A DNA stretch of 64,000 nucleotides from Phoronis australis (GCA_002633005.1 NMRA01000592.1:10855-74854); one strand, 5' to 3'. Shown: positions 26,816-40,490, numbered from the stretch's first letter. Notes: generated by a model not told the origin, from the letters alone. Translations and numbers: made by a program.

Positions 26816-28340
26816 AAACAAGAGCAACGCGGAGCGTTGAAATGCGCCCACGAATGCATCGTAAATGGTGTGCTTTTAGGGTTGTTCATTTCTGTCATAA
26901 AAATGGCCACTAGATGGCACAAAAACATACAATCCATCTGAAAAGGGGAACATGTCATTGCTTCTTAAATAGAAAGCTATACACAAAATTTCATAGAAAT
27001 CCATCATGGAACTTCAGAGAAACAAATATATGTATAAAATGAAATTGACGCTAGGGGGCACACTGTTCATTGGATCCGCCTGAAAGTCGTCATTGTCTGT
27101 TGTTAGCTTCATATAAAAACACTTAAAAATTAATTTCAATAAAGATCCTGCAGTGGGTTTAGGAGATAAAGATGCCTGTATTCAAAATTTTATGAAAATC
27201 CGATGAGGACCTTTGAAGATACAGAGGTAAACATCAACTAAAATTGCCACCAGGGGGCACAACAGTAGTCAGATCCATCTGAAAATCGTCATCGTCTGTT
27301 GTCAACATCATATAAACACACTTCTTAAATTTATTAAAGATCGTACAAACGGTTTAGGAGATACAGCCATGGGTGCAAAAAACGAAACTGCCCCAAGGAG
27401 GCGCCACAGTAGTCGAGGTCATCAGAAAATCATCGTCACCTGTCCACTTCATAGTAAGAACATACATGCCAATTTTCACAATTATCCTGAAAGCGGTTTG
27501 GTTGATAGAGGAATGGACGCCAAAAAACAGACCCAAAAACAGTAAAAATGGCCACCAGGTGGCACAAACTAGGTCGAATCCATCTAAAAACGGAAAGATA
27601 ACGTCACCTTACTAACAGAAGCCTATACACCAAACTTTATGAAAATACACTGAGGACCTTTGAAGATACAGAAGTAAACGTAAAAAAATAAAATTGCCAC
27701 TAGGTGGCACCAGTAGTCAGAACTGTCCGAAAGTTGTTGTTGTCCGTTGTCATCATCATATAAATGCACTTACCGGTACTAAATATAGTAAAGATCCTGC
27801 AAACGGTTTAGGAGATAAAGCAATAGATGCAAAAAAACAAAACTGCCACTAGGGGGCGCCACAGTAGTCAAAGCCCCTGGAAAATCATCGTCAACCGTTC
27901 TCTTCATAGTAAGAACAAACATGTTAATTTTCACAATCATGCTTCGAGCGGTTTGGTTGATAGAGGGGTGGACGCCAAAAAACAGACGCGAAAACAGTAA
28001 AAATGGCCACTAGGTGGCGCAAACTACGTCAAAACTATCCGAAAACGGGACTATAACGCCGTCTTACTAATAGATGCCTATATACCAAATTTTGTGAAAA
28101 TATGTCTAGAACCTTTGAAGATAGAGATAAACGTAAAAAACTAAAATTGCCACTAGGGGGCACACCAGTAGTCGGATCTGTCTGAAAGTTCACTCTTGCC
28201 ATCCCATCTATGAAAGGAACACATGTGCAAAATTTTATGAACATTCGTCAATCGGTTTTGGAGATAGAGCAGCAGACGCTGGACGCCGGACGGGCACCGG
28301 ACGGAGATGACGGCATATAAATATGTGGGCGCAGCATAAT
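26816..28340 (-). mobile_element. Full-length DINE-1/Helentron-type element (family A) with central tandem repeats
   Basis: Subterminal inverted gcgcccac/gtgggcgc; GTCC-like microsatellite; 3' stem-loop caacgc-tcc-gcgttg then ctcttgttt; about 454-bp internal repeat. Confidence 0.85.
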
Positions 28341-29691
28341 AAAAATTCATCAAAATCGGGTTAAACAGTACAAAGTTATTGCAACTTGGTGGTGAAATTT
28401 GGGAATTGTCTGGATCAGGTCAGTCATCTTGGATGATAGTGGCATAAGTTACGAGTTAAAAGTGTTTAATTATTCCAATATCCCCAATATTTTACAGAGA
28501 AATTTAGTGACATATCTTTACCTGCTATTCTGTGCGATTAAAAATTTTTTAACAGAATTTATTCATCCAGTCGTTACTAATTGAGCAATAAAGGGCTAAA
28601 AAATCCTGTACCGACAACATGGTGACTTTTGCTGAACAGAAAGACATGTTCAAGCGGTTACTTTGTAATCAGTAAAGATTTAACTACAGCACATTTTGAT
28701 AAACGCTGTTATAAAAAAGCAATATTACACAATTTTCAGGTTTTGTGCTAAAGATAAAAGAAATAATCTAACTATTTCACTGTGAATTGCCCATTCAGTT
28801 GAAAATCCAGATTTCAAAAGCATCAAACTTGTTATCTATTTGCCACAGCAACTCTGGTTACATTTGTATAACGATTGGTAAAACAATTTAAGTTAAAATG
28901 TTACAACTTTTGGTAAAAATAAAAATCCTCATCCGGATTCCAGAAATTTGGCCTCATTTCATATAAAAACAACCCAGTTCACACCTCTTTTGGGACTATC
29001 CTATTGCCCCAATCCAGCCAAAATTGGTCAATTGCATATGCCATCCATTATGCATGGCGTAAACATTGAACTCAAGGTCGAAAGCAAATGTCCAGCAGAG
29101 TATAAAAATGTAGTTCAACTTTGAGTAAACTTTTTGAATTAGGATACTGGGTGTTTCTAGATCTATTAATGAGAGTTTTATTTCACAAATTAACTTTTTG
29201 CGCTCGTTCAAAATTTGTAAATTAGAACGTTCAGCAAGTCAAAATTATTGATCAAAAAAATACGTTCACCTGTCCCGTTGTGTCCCTACCTCTGTGTTGT
29301 CAAGTTTCGATATTCCTTGTTCCGTTGTCGGAATTATATAGGGGCTTATGGCTCTGATAAATGTAAACAGGCCATACGTAAGCTGATAATTAGCAGCTAA
29401 CAACACAGGACAACTTTTCTTGCCATCCTTAACCACCGCCCTCCCCCCGTGCTTGTCCTCCAACATGCCGCACTTCTGGGTACTGATGACGTAATTGCTA
29501 ACATTCTATACACTGATTTTTTTCAACCTACTGAACATGGAATATGCTGTTACCTGCAGTTGTCTTTTATCAATAATATCCAAGTGTTACCAAATATTTA
29601 CTGACTTGTCCCTGTGGAATTCCAGGTTTACAAAAATATTTATGGTTACAGGACAAATAAATGTCAAAACCACTTGGATGGAACTCCTTAC

Positions 29692-29831
29692 CAAGTTAGC
29701 AGCTGGATGAGAAACGGACAGCACAGCATGTTTCCTGCTCACTGATTGGTCATTTAGAATGGGTACTTCACAGTCCCCTGGCTTTCGTCCAACCCTGTAC
29801 TCTGTACCTTGCAGAATGTATATTTGATCAT
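29692..29831 (-). CDS. NBN: Nibrin exon 2 (FHA; EYRVGRK...NDQSVSRKHAVL)
   Basis: 140 nt; FHA GR and S--HA motifs. Confidence 0.96.
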
Positions 29832-30432
29832 CTGAAAAACATAGGCACCAGCTCTCTGCCAGATGTATTGAACTTGCACATGCTCAAAGAGCTGGAAGGA
29901 ATTAGACATCGACGGCATCCACCTGATGCGTTACACTTGCAAAACATAGTATGGGAAAATATCAGTTGGAATTTGTAAGACCTGTGTCCCTTGGACTATT
30001 TGTTTGTCAACAGGTGTGATTTCATATAACTTCTTCAACATGACACCCGGTGAAGGATGCTCGATCGAATCACTTTCATGGATTTGTTCAAATTATGTTG
30101 ACTAAAACTGTTTCCAGAGTCATGGTATGTGTAAATCCTAACTCCATGTGTATATACATGAATGTTTCATTCTAATTTATTCGTTGTATTGCGAGATGAG
30201 TAACTTTTCAATGGGGTGCACTATCGCCCCTGTATGCTTGCGGCATTACAGGGCCATGTAATTGCATCCAGTGGCCATAGACAATGCCACGATCTCGACT
30301 GGCCATCAGGATGGTGAAGCTTTTTGGCAAATTATACCTCACACTGATTAAAACATCAAAGTCACATTGTTATAAGTACCTTTTGCACATAGAGCAAGTT
30401 AACTTCATAGTATCCAGAGTCTTGTATGTGTT

Positions 30433-31175
30433 TAGGCAACACGTAGCCCCTCGGTTGGCCGGTTAGGGGCTACAATACTTCCCATCGCTTTCTGTACGAA
30501 TTTCGTCCCATGTATTTTAAACGGGCGGTAGGTCAAATCCAGTCACCGATTAGTTTTTGCCTCATCAAAAATACATTCAACACTTAAAACTATCACTTAA
30601 AAAAGTGCTTATTTTCTTCAGTGGTACTTTCTACTTCTACACATATCTTCGATGAAGCTTAGTTACGAGAATTAAGGTGACTTTGGCGACGAATTCTAAC
30701 TCTACTTTTTTGGTCACCGTTAACTTTTTCACCAAGAGCGCGATAACCACAATGCATTTCAACTGAGTCACATTTGTTAGGCAAAGGTTAGCGTGAGACT
30801 GAGAAAAGTGCGTGACGCTGGCGCGTGACACTTGCAAAATAGCATAGGAATTGGGTATCAAGTGAAATTTGTAAGATTTGCGTCCCTTGGACTTTTTATT
30901 CTTCAACATGCGTGATTTCACGTAACTTCCTCAAAATGGCACCCGGTAAGAGAAACTCGAGCAAACCGCGACAGATTTTCATCGATTTGTTCAAATTATC
31001 TTGACTGAATCGGCTCCAGACTTATGGTATGTGTTAATTATAACTCCATGTTCATGTATGAATGTTTCATTTAATTTTATTTCCTGTATTTTGAAATTCG
31101 TAACTTTTTGTGGGGGATGTACTATCGGCAGTATATGCCTGCCGCCTGCGGCATCCAGGACGACGTAATTGCCTA
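30433..31175. mobile_element. Non-autonomous DNA element with TAGGCAA termini; partial copies at about 30015-30265 and 31935-32055
   Basis: taggcaa...ttgccta ends; shared internal block (aactccatgt...gagtaacttt) in three copies. Confidence 0.7.
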
Positions 31176-32197
31176 CTTAGCTGTGTATACAGCTTTGTAC
31201 CAATGTGGGTAAAAGAGCACCAGATAAAATCTGACACAAAATTAGTGTCATTAAAAACTACAGTCTTCCTTGAGTAAACTAACTTATTTAACGGTGTCGG
31301 AAAAATGGCGTTCTGCCGTTAATCTGCTGCTAAAGTTGTGGAGCGATCTTAAAAAGCAATGGCTTTCGGCGCCATGAATTGCGTCACCTATAGGCCAGTT
31401 TCTTTTTTCACCGATTCCTCAATCAACTGTTGTTCTTTCACGAGGTTGCATACACGTCACAACAAATTATCGGAACTGGTTGCACTTCATTATAAGTTTT
31501 TCGAATTTTGATACTGAAAAACCGAATTTCAGAAGAAATTTTGCTGCTGCTAAGCTATCATCATCTCCCGAGAGATGTCGCAAAAAATTAGGAAATGACG
31601 CATTCGCGTGACACGAAAGTACTGTTTTCAAAACGACGACATACTTTTCATTGTTAGGAAAGGCGGAGAGTTACGCAAGAAAATGACATTTATTGCATTG
31701 TTTTACACTTAAACAGCTGTAATGGGCAAGGTGAGTGTCGTTTCATGCCCAGATTTTGTATGCACCCCGTCCAGTCTTTAGCTTTACATGTTGATACAAG
31801 TTTCACGGCAAGGTGACGAGCAGAACTACCCTGGCTGTGTGCAATTTCGGGGTCTACAGAAGAAATAATCACATTGGTACCTAGCTGTACTTTGACGATA
31901 TTCTTCATACAGTTAGCAGGCTGGCTATTGCCTAGCATGTGTTAATCTCATTGTAACTCCATGTGCATATATGCATGCAGTTTCATTCTATTTTATTTGT
32001 TGTATTTTGAAATGAGTAACTGTTTATGAGGATTCAGGGTGATGTAATTGCCTAGAAGTAGCCCAGGCACAGACAGCCAGCTCGAGGCCGACTGGGCAAC
32101 ATGTTGTCTGCGGCCAGTCGAGACGGTGGCTCTGTCTACACTGGTATAAGCAACTTCTAATTGTGCCCAAATCACAAATCATCGTCTATTAATTTAC

Positions 32198-32228
32198 CTT
32201 TGACATGCGAGGAAATTAATAACCACAT
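32198..32228 (-). CDS. NBN: Nibrin exon 1 (MWLLISSHVK)
   Basis: Starts ATG TGG (MW, typical of Nbs1); gtaaat donor in phase 1 matches exon 2. Confidence 0.88.
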
Positions 32229-32414
32229 CGTTGCAGAGCGTATTTCAGCAAACGCAACTACCGGTAGTTCAATAGTCGACTTGCTCAAGACATGCCGAAT
32301 TCAGCAACCTTGACCTACATGAGCGATGGCGACACCTGTTGATCAAACACTACGTCTGGAACTCAGTAGACGACGACGTTATTGAAAGCATTATTTCAAG
32401 AGGGTGCCATTCAG

Positions 32415-32578
32415 TACGAACTGAAAACCCAATAGCGTCATTTGAAATGAAGAAATACATTTTATTATCAGGCGGCTGCCACATAATAACCTGGCGGCAA
32501 TATTTTATTATCTGGCGGCCGCCAGATAACTAACATGACATTTTTCTTCACTTCAAAAGGCACTATTGGGCTTCCGTA
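32415..32578. mobile_element. Palindromic MITE just upstream of the NBN start codon
   Basis: Inverted arms cccaatag...tgaagaaa and tttcttca...ctattggg; internal ttatctggcggccgccagataa palindrome. Confidence 0.75.
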
Positions 32579-34259
32579 ATTTTGCGCACACAAAATGCAA
32601 AATTTAGTTAAATGCTGTTTCGATAGTCTGAAGGGCCGAGAGACAGAAATGAAATTTCCCCGGCCGACAGTGGACAAGAGTCCGAAGCCGCCTGATTCTG
32701 AAACTGAGGGATGACACTTAGACTCACATATAAAATAGGGCCTACGATTTTTACACGATCGTGAATTTTTTGATGCTTGAAGTTCCCTATATATCTGACA
32801 TCAGAATGCAAAATTGCTAAAGTAGAAAATATTTCTAACTAGTCTAGCTGAAGGTGGGAGTCACTGGCTGAAGAGGCCTACTGAAAGAAACCCCCAATTT
32901 CAGAATGGCAGTCTTCTGCGAAAGAAAATTTTCTAAAAATTTTAAAATCCTGTAATTTTTGCGAAATCACAACACTGATAAGTTTTACGGTATATGCGCT
33001 TATTTAAGCCCATGCGCACACATTTCAAGAACATTTATATTCGGAAGTAGCTCTTATACGCGAACTTAATGATAAAACAATGTTTCAAATTGATAGGCGC
33101 TGTGGCGCACCCCATCATTTATAAAGATGCACTGCTATGCAATGCAATTAAGACTCTTGCCAGTGAATGATAGAGGCTCGCTGGGTACGCCTGTAGTTGA
33201 CTTTTGTGCGTGTAGGTGCTTGCACAATAGTTTACATCCAGACCAAGCACTTACTTTTGCTTTTCACTTGAAGTATGTAAGTTTATGTTGATCATCTAAT
33301 GAGAATTAGGAAAACTGCACCCAAAAGAGTGCACATTCAAAAGAAGAAAATAAATGTGCGAGATTTGCGCTTTTAGTGACTTCTAAGAAAAATTTGCTCG
33401 TGAAGTCAGACTTTAAACTCAATCGTGCAATTTTACCCACTAATTTGATCTTTAAAACTGATTTCCGAAACTTTTGTGTTTGCTACGATGAAGACTCTGT
33501 GTTGGTTCAAATAATTCTATATTCATGCACGGACGGAGCGACAACTACACGTTTTCACCGTTACGGAATACCTTGCATATGGCATTCAAATATGCTCAGC
33601 GTTCAAAAAGTAAATTGCTTCCGAAATAATGCCCTTATTTCCATCAGCTATTTTCAGAAAAAAAACTCGCGAGGGGCGATCTTTCGATAGTTCTGAAATC
33701 AAAGCAGGTGTTGGTTTTAAATTAAATTGGAAAACTAAATAACTTCAAAGGAGTGGATCTAGGATTTTTTAAAAAGATTGGGCCGGATTAGGAGGAGTAC
33801 AAGTTCATGTCAACAATTTGAAAATTCATAGATTTGATATCACTAAAATCAAGGGGAAAGGTCCGGACCCCCTTGTCCTCCCTAGATGCGCCTATACACC
33901 ATCTGCAAAAAGATCAGCGGATTGGAAAAAGGATAACAATCAGATAAATTTAGTTCAGGTTATTTCACTAAAATCTTTTACACGCATTTTAGAAACTATT
34001 TTATGATTGTGGCGGAAGTGCATTGCTTCTCATGCGCGCACCCTGGGGGTCTCGAGGGACCTCATTTGGCGAAGTGGGCGAAAAGGCCCGCCTCATACAA
34101 ACAGAAAGTTCGAAAAAGTATAAAAAGAGGTAAAAGCCCAATAAAAAGGCAGATGCAAAATTCATAGCTCTGAACGTACCCTGTTCTTTTAGTAAAGATG
34201 TCCACATTCTCAAATATTCGAGCCCTCCTGGGTGCTCGCATGTTTCTATGTATTTACTT

Positions 34260-35135
34260 CATAGGCGGATTTGGGGGNNNNNNNNNNNNNNNGGGGGCTC
34301 AGATCCAATTTCAAGTGTCAAATCCGGAACACGGCGCATTCGTAACGGAACTATGGCTAAGTGTAGGCTCTCCCGCGATATCCCAGGCGACCGGCAGAGG
34401 CGCTGCGTAATACGACTCCGTTTCCGTCGTCTGCTCCACTGCGCAATGAGGAAAATTTACTTCATTTTTTAAAGAAAATGGAACCTGAGTGACGATGAAA
34501 AAACAGAAGTTGCTGGTAAGATGTGAATTTTAATCGAAGCCTTAGTGAATCACTCAGAAACTCATTAATTCTCTCTTTGTCAAACCTTAACTTAAGACGA
34601 TTTTCAAAGCAATCCCGTCATCACGAAAAACGTATTTGGTCTTTTGGGCACTTAAAGACTATTTTAACTACAATAAATTTGTTAAGAACCGATTGCACAA
34701 AATATAAAACGTGTAATAAGCATTACAAAAAGAAGTAGGTTTCGCGCGCAAACGCTGTGGAACATAAACAAGTAGGTCTCTTAGTTTAAGATTATTAGTG
34801 AAATCGTGGTGGTGTAGTGGTAAAGCACGCGCGACCTGTCAGCCATGTCATGAGTTTGAGTCTGTGGAACTCGCAGGTTTTCCTGTGTGACACGTTATCC
34901 TTTTTTTTCTTTATTTTTTTGCCTTTTTTCTTGGATAATACATCAGAAATCAAGGAAAATGCTTGATTTTTAGAGGAAAAAACAGAATAATTCCCTGGGC
35001 GCCGAGGGCGGGGACAAACCCCCTCCCGACCTCCCCCCATTCAGTGCTATGCGCATCTACAATCGTGGTTTGCGCAAATGCTTACAGCCGGACAAAATGT
35101 TGGGCCCCCCTTGTGATATCCTAGATCCGCCACTG
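34260..35135. mobile_element. Non-autonomous DNA transposon with 5-bp TSD (TACTT)
   Basis: cataggcggat...atccgccactg termini; TACTT on both sides. Confidence 0.75.
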
Positions 35136-38100
35136 TACTTATAATACATTTGATCATCTTAGTGGTATACTTTTCACGCTACTGAATCTGCAAGTGATAG
35201 TCATGCACAAAAGTTATATGCCGTATAGCAACAATGACGTCGCATTATCACGCGCCACGTTGTTATTGTTGAACAATGCAGCTGACGTCATGCAACAAAT
35301 CAAACTTATCCAGGGGATAATTTGGAAATTTCATGCAACCCAGCCCTGGCGTGCGTTCAGTAACGCAAGGACCTAGCTATTAACTAAAGTCGCGTGTTCT
35401 CACTCAAAATACACGGCAATATCTCACGCAATCTCGCGAAGTATTGCTTTTTAGCGAGGTCCTAGCGTTACTGAATGGGAGGCTGGCCTTTGAACACGCA
35501 TTTCCCGGCTTGTGGTCGTTTTGGTTACCCACATCCACACACAGCACTTTACGCTGAGGCGCTGTGCTGCTGGGGAATCTCCTTCAAACACCAAAACTAT
35601 TCCCAGAGTACAATTTGCACATACCAAAATGGCGGCAATGAAGAAAGAGGTCTATTCAACCGCTATCGAGTTTGGTTGCCAAAGAGACCGTGTCGCTAGG
35701 GTCCATGACACAATCGATAATGGCGACGGTCAATGAGAATAGTGTTGTTAACGTCTCTGGTTGCCATGATCTTTCAGAGTGAGACATGGAGAGCCGGTGT
35801 GTGTCCGATGGGTCACGGTGCGATATCAGAGATTCGCCGCCGGCGGGGTTCTTGATCGAAAGATGAGATTTAAAACAGCTGAACATCAATTTAAGGCGTG
35901 ATTTTACAATCTTAGCAGGTGTGACGTCATCCTGAGACATAACCCAGACGATCGCCATGCCCCAACAGTGGCACGATATAGGGTATAGTGAAAACGCGCA
36001 TTTTAAAATGTGTCGATTATTGAGGGTAATCGACGCATTTCGTTTCGCGACCAAAACCCGCGGAAACTTCCTGGTCATGCCGGGCGACACAAAAGTCCGC
36101 AAACTTCAAAGGGCGTCCCGGCTCCGCCAACCATGCCCATGCTCTTGGGTGTTGACCAGCTGTCATTCGGACTAGAGCAATTTGTGTTTCACGACTTAAA
36201 AGATGCATTTGCACGCTCCTACCGGGGTTTTCAGTAGATAAGCCCATGACCGTATATTCGGAAAATGAAAATGTTCAGGCATTTCAGTAACACCAAATAA
36301 ACGCCCACAAAACTGAATTTGGGGATATTTGCGAATAAACACCCCGCTATCTGGTATAATTTTTCGAATAAACGCCCGTGGGCGTTTCATCAGATGGACT
36401 TTTCTACGGAAAACCCGGTAACTATGCTAATTTATAGCAGAAATTAAACGACAGTTCTATTTGAACAATATCTACGCTAAAAACTACAGTTGTATTCACT
36501 GACGACTTATAAATGTGAACTTAAAACAAAAAATTCTACAAATAGATGACCTTTGCACTAATGACGTGTTACCTCAACACCTCGTGACCATACTTACTGG
36601 ACACGGTTGACTGACTTACGGCTACTTGACCTAACAATCACAGATAAGGAATGGGACATAGACATCATAGTATGGATCGTGTGCAAGTTCGACTTTTCAA
36701 CTTTCGCATCTCATAAGAGTTGTTCAAAAAGAACATAGGGAAACTGAAATCATCGAGCATTAACTGCATAAATATTATTCTCAGAAAAATTACAAAGAAA
36801 GAGAGTCAGGGTTTCAGGGACGTTTCATCAGGCAGCGGCGAACTGTTGAAATTCGCATAGAAATCATACTGTAGTAATAGGCGCATTAGGCGGGAAGAGT
36901 ATTAAANGTCATGCCTCCCTCCCCTAAAATTCTCCCAGATTCCATTTTGCAGCACGGGGTGCGGATGTCTGACGGTCAAAATCCTGGCTAATACTCTGCC
37001 CTGGCCTCCCTAACTAAAAATTCTGGATTCACTGAAAATATTAGGTAGCCCTCAGTTTTTTAAAAAAATGTGGTGTTTCTTTAACTGATTTGTTTTGCTC
37101 TCGTGATATATACAAACATCGAAAAAGTTTTCAGATCAAATTGATTCAAAAGACAATTTCCAGGGCCACTCACAGATGGTGTCCGTTGATGGAATCGGTT
37201 GCCTCTCTTTTCGTGTTTGTGTGAAATCTTACAACCTTTTATGTTGAAAAAAGTGACCCAGTGGATCACTTGTCACCGCGACTGTTTTCAGTTATTCCAA
37301 TTAATGTAGACTTTCGTGGTATAGCCTTTGTGGAGAGCATTCCTTTCATTAAATAACCCTCTCTTGGAAAGGCGGCTCGGTGCAATTACACTCTATAAAT
37401 ATTTGGTAGTGAAAAAAATCAAATTGGTCACAAAAACCACAGAATATGTTGAAGCGAAGTCTACGAATAGGATCAAGACATCATGTGGTCCAAACAACCA
37501 AAAACGGAAGACTGCAGAAATTAATAGCATTGACTTGTATCGGAAGAAATAAAACTGAAAAAACACTGTTTGTGAATTACAAAAAGGCAATATTCTCTGT
37601 CAATCGTTTCATAACAATAAAGTTATCGGTTCTTTTTTTCTCAAAGAGTTCCAATCGTATTTCTTTAAAGACAGTTGTTAGAAAAAGGATTACTAATGGA
37701 GAGGGGGTGGTCGTATACAAAACTCGGTGTGTCAATCAGACTGTCAGGAGCATGATTTCTAATAACCGTGTACATTGTACATATTTATCCGTAGAACTCC
37801 ATTTCTGTGGTTTGTGAATAAAGGGGTTCAGAATCTATAGGTGCTGAAAATCTTGGAAAACAAATCTGCACTAAATTTGAAGTGCGAATTAAACACGTAA
37901 ACCGTGACAGGATACCAAGAGAATAAACCGGAATTCACATTAACACCAATAATTTTCGAAAATATTCAGCGGGTTACCTTCAACCTCCCCCTCGTAGTAT
38001 GCCCCGTGTCCAGTGCTCTCCCGGTTGTCCTGCTGTGCGTGAACTTGGCCTCCCGCTTAATCTCAAGATCGCGTATGCGTAAACTTTGAATTGAATATTT

Positions 38101-40318
38101 TTTAAGGCAAAAAGGTGAATTCTGTGTTCGGTGAATTTTTTTTTTGTAATTATTGGCCTCACGATCAACCATTTTCTCCTTTACAGTAACTTGTGTCGCT
38201 GAACCGGAGAAATATGTGAATGGCTAAATCCATTATTGTTTGGTGAAACCGATCGCCCGTAGTTGAAAAGGTTGGTTAAAATTGACATCATTTTATTCAA
38301 ATGTAACTTGATTTAGTGCAGTGAAAATTTTTATGAACATGAACGTGATTATTTGAATGAACTTGTCAAGTTGCCTCGCGTATTCCAAGTTCACGCAACA
38401 CTCACTTCCGTTTAATCTTGAGATTAAGTAAAATTCCAAGTTCACGTACAGCAGTCCGTCTTGTATATGTATCAGTTCACACACTTTCGGGAATAGCCTA
38501 ACCAACTGCGAATTATTACAGATGTATTTTAAGTAGCAATGGGCAGTCAATTCGTGCACCTTTAGTTTTCATTTGTTTCCGGATCACGTCGTTTCCTGGT
38601 AAGCACATTTTCTGCCTTGGCCTGATAAGTTATGATTTTGAGTTGTTTTTTCGTGCTGCTGAGATTTTGATTCTTGAATAGAAATTATGTCCTTGTATCC
38701 TGGACTTTTTCGCTTTCCATATGGAGAATTTCTCGCTTACACTGGTGACCGCTGTGATTCCCTAAGACCCAGACGACTTTTACCATGCCTATTCAGCACG
38801 CGGCTTTGTATTGAAGTAGATCTGAGCTAATGAAGTGGAAAGGTAATTGCTAGCATTACTGTCTCAACAATGGCTGTTGGTAGTACCCCCAATTTGGTTT
38901 TCTATGACATTTGCAAAGTTATAGCCTGCAACTCTGGAGAGTAGTTTTAACTTGGTACACTATAAATATTACAAAATGACTAAAAAGGTTAACTTGTGTT
39001 TATCTTCACAGAGGGCCCACTTCCCTAAGGAACCATAAGTTTCATATTGGTTTTCTTTATTTAATTTTGATGCTTCTGCCCACTTGTTTTTTTTTTTCTT
39101 ACCGGGAATGGGTTGATAACTTTTTACCTAAAGATTTGAACTTGAAGTACCAAAACAGTGGTAGATTTTGATCGCCAGCTAAACTTATTTAGTTAAGTTC
39201 ATTGTGAGCTCATCCCTAAACTTACATTACAGGTACACCGTGACTAAGCATTTCACGTGTAAAGTTTAATCTTTATTAGAACTCAAATCATAAACTAAAA
39301 ACAAACTGCAAATACGGGTGATAACCAAACTGAAGATTTGGAATCTCTGGACAATTTCGGTGGCACTGACTTTTGTAACTATCCTAGCTCTTTGACAGTA
39401 ATAAAAAATGAAAAGTGGACACAACAACTGTTTCCTAGTCAAAAATCTGGTTAAACGAGATTGAAAGAATATTAAAAAATGAATCCATGTGAGTATTGCT
39501 AAGTCTGATCATCGTTTGTATATCCATCGAGTATATCAATACGCGCGGTAGTTTATCTTCAGTCGTACCCAATGGTTGTAGTTTTTAGACTATTAGTTCA
39601 TCGATTTTTAAAAATCGAAAACCATACTGGGTTGTTTTTTCCAGCTAAATACCGCCGTGGTGTTCCTTTATAACGAAAATTGGTGGTTAATGCATTTTGA
39701 AAATTCGCCATTATCAGTCAGAGATGTCTACGGCCTTTAATACGGTCCACTCAAAGTGAGGCAAAGACGGCAGGGAAATCTGCCATCATGGACTTGCATA
39801 AGATCTGCCGGCTAAGGAGACGATGCTGATGATTAAATCAATGAGATTGCTAAACTCATACTGCCGCGTTGGATGCTCTCTAATCAGCGCCACCATGTGT
39901 GTGTTCCGTAGGCACGAGAATCTCGCGAAAACGCAACATTACGTAAACAGACTGCTGGTTCCCTGCGTGCCGCTAGGGCTGGGCTAAGCACGCAGGGAAC
40001 CAGCGAGAAACAGACTGTAGCGAGTATCTATGACCGCTAAACCAAAGCGTGTTGTTTTCTTCGGAGCACACGCCAGCTAGATTTCGCTACGGTTCATGAA
40101 ACAATGATGTCCGCCAGTGGCTATGGGATTTCACTAGATTTGTCTTCCTTTTTGTTAAAAATCGCGTGTCATCGTTCGCAACGGAAACACCACCACACAT
40201 TTCGTTTGCATAACTCGACCTATCGCGATTGACCTCGGGAGGGCAGTGTGCGCTTGGTACTTAGAAGCGGCACTTACAAACATAGAGGCACTGACAGAGG
40301 TACACCGGGGGAAGCACA

Positions 40319-40454
40319 ATGTCACTCGATATTACTAGTGGAGAAAGACCAAAATGGGATAAGAAGATTGAGTTCATTTTGGCGTGTGTTGGATATGCTG
40401 TTGGCTTAGGAAATGTGTGGCGATTTCCCTACCTTTGTTACAAAAGTGGCGGAG
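40319..40454 (+). CDS. ine: SLC6 Na+/Cl- dependent transporter, inebriated-like, coding exon 1 ([45 protein letters not shown])
   Basis: SLC6 TM1 signature [10 protein letters not shown]; in-frame upstream TGA at 40292; gtatgt donor. Subfamily assignment rests on recalled similarity (YKSGGG, LAC) and is less certain than the family call. Confidence 0.92.
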
Positions 40455-40490
40455 GTATGTATACTATAAGACTAAGAGTATGATATTAAG

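Noticed and set aside
34260-35135. ProtoRAG/RAG-like transposon suggested by the 5-bp TSD
   Set aside because: The termini lack an RSS-like heptamer and nonamer, and no RAG1 or RAG2 coding remnant is visible
35656-36390. Cluster of overlapping ORFs in CpG-rich intergenic DNA
   Set aside because: No recognisable domain or consistent exon structure; probably transposon-derived non-coding sequence
40319-40454. Monoamine transporter (DAT/SERT/NET)
   Set aside because: TM1 has GYAVGLGN and lacks the diagnostic Asp
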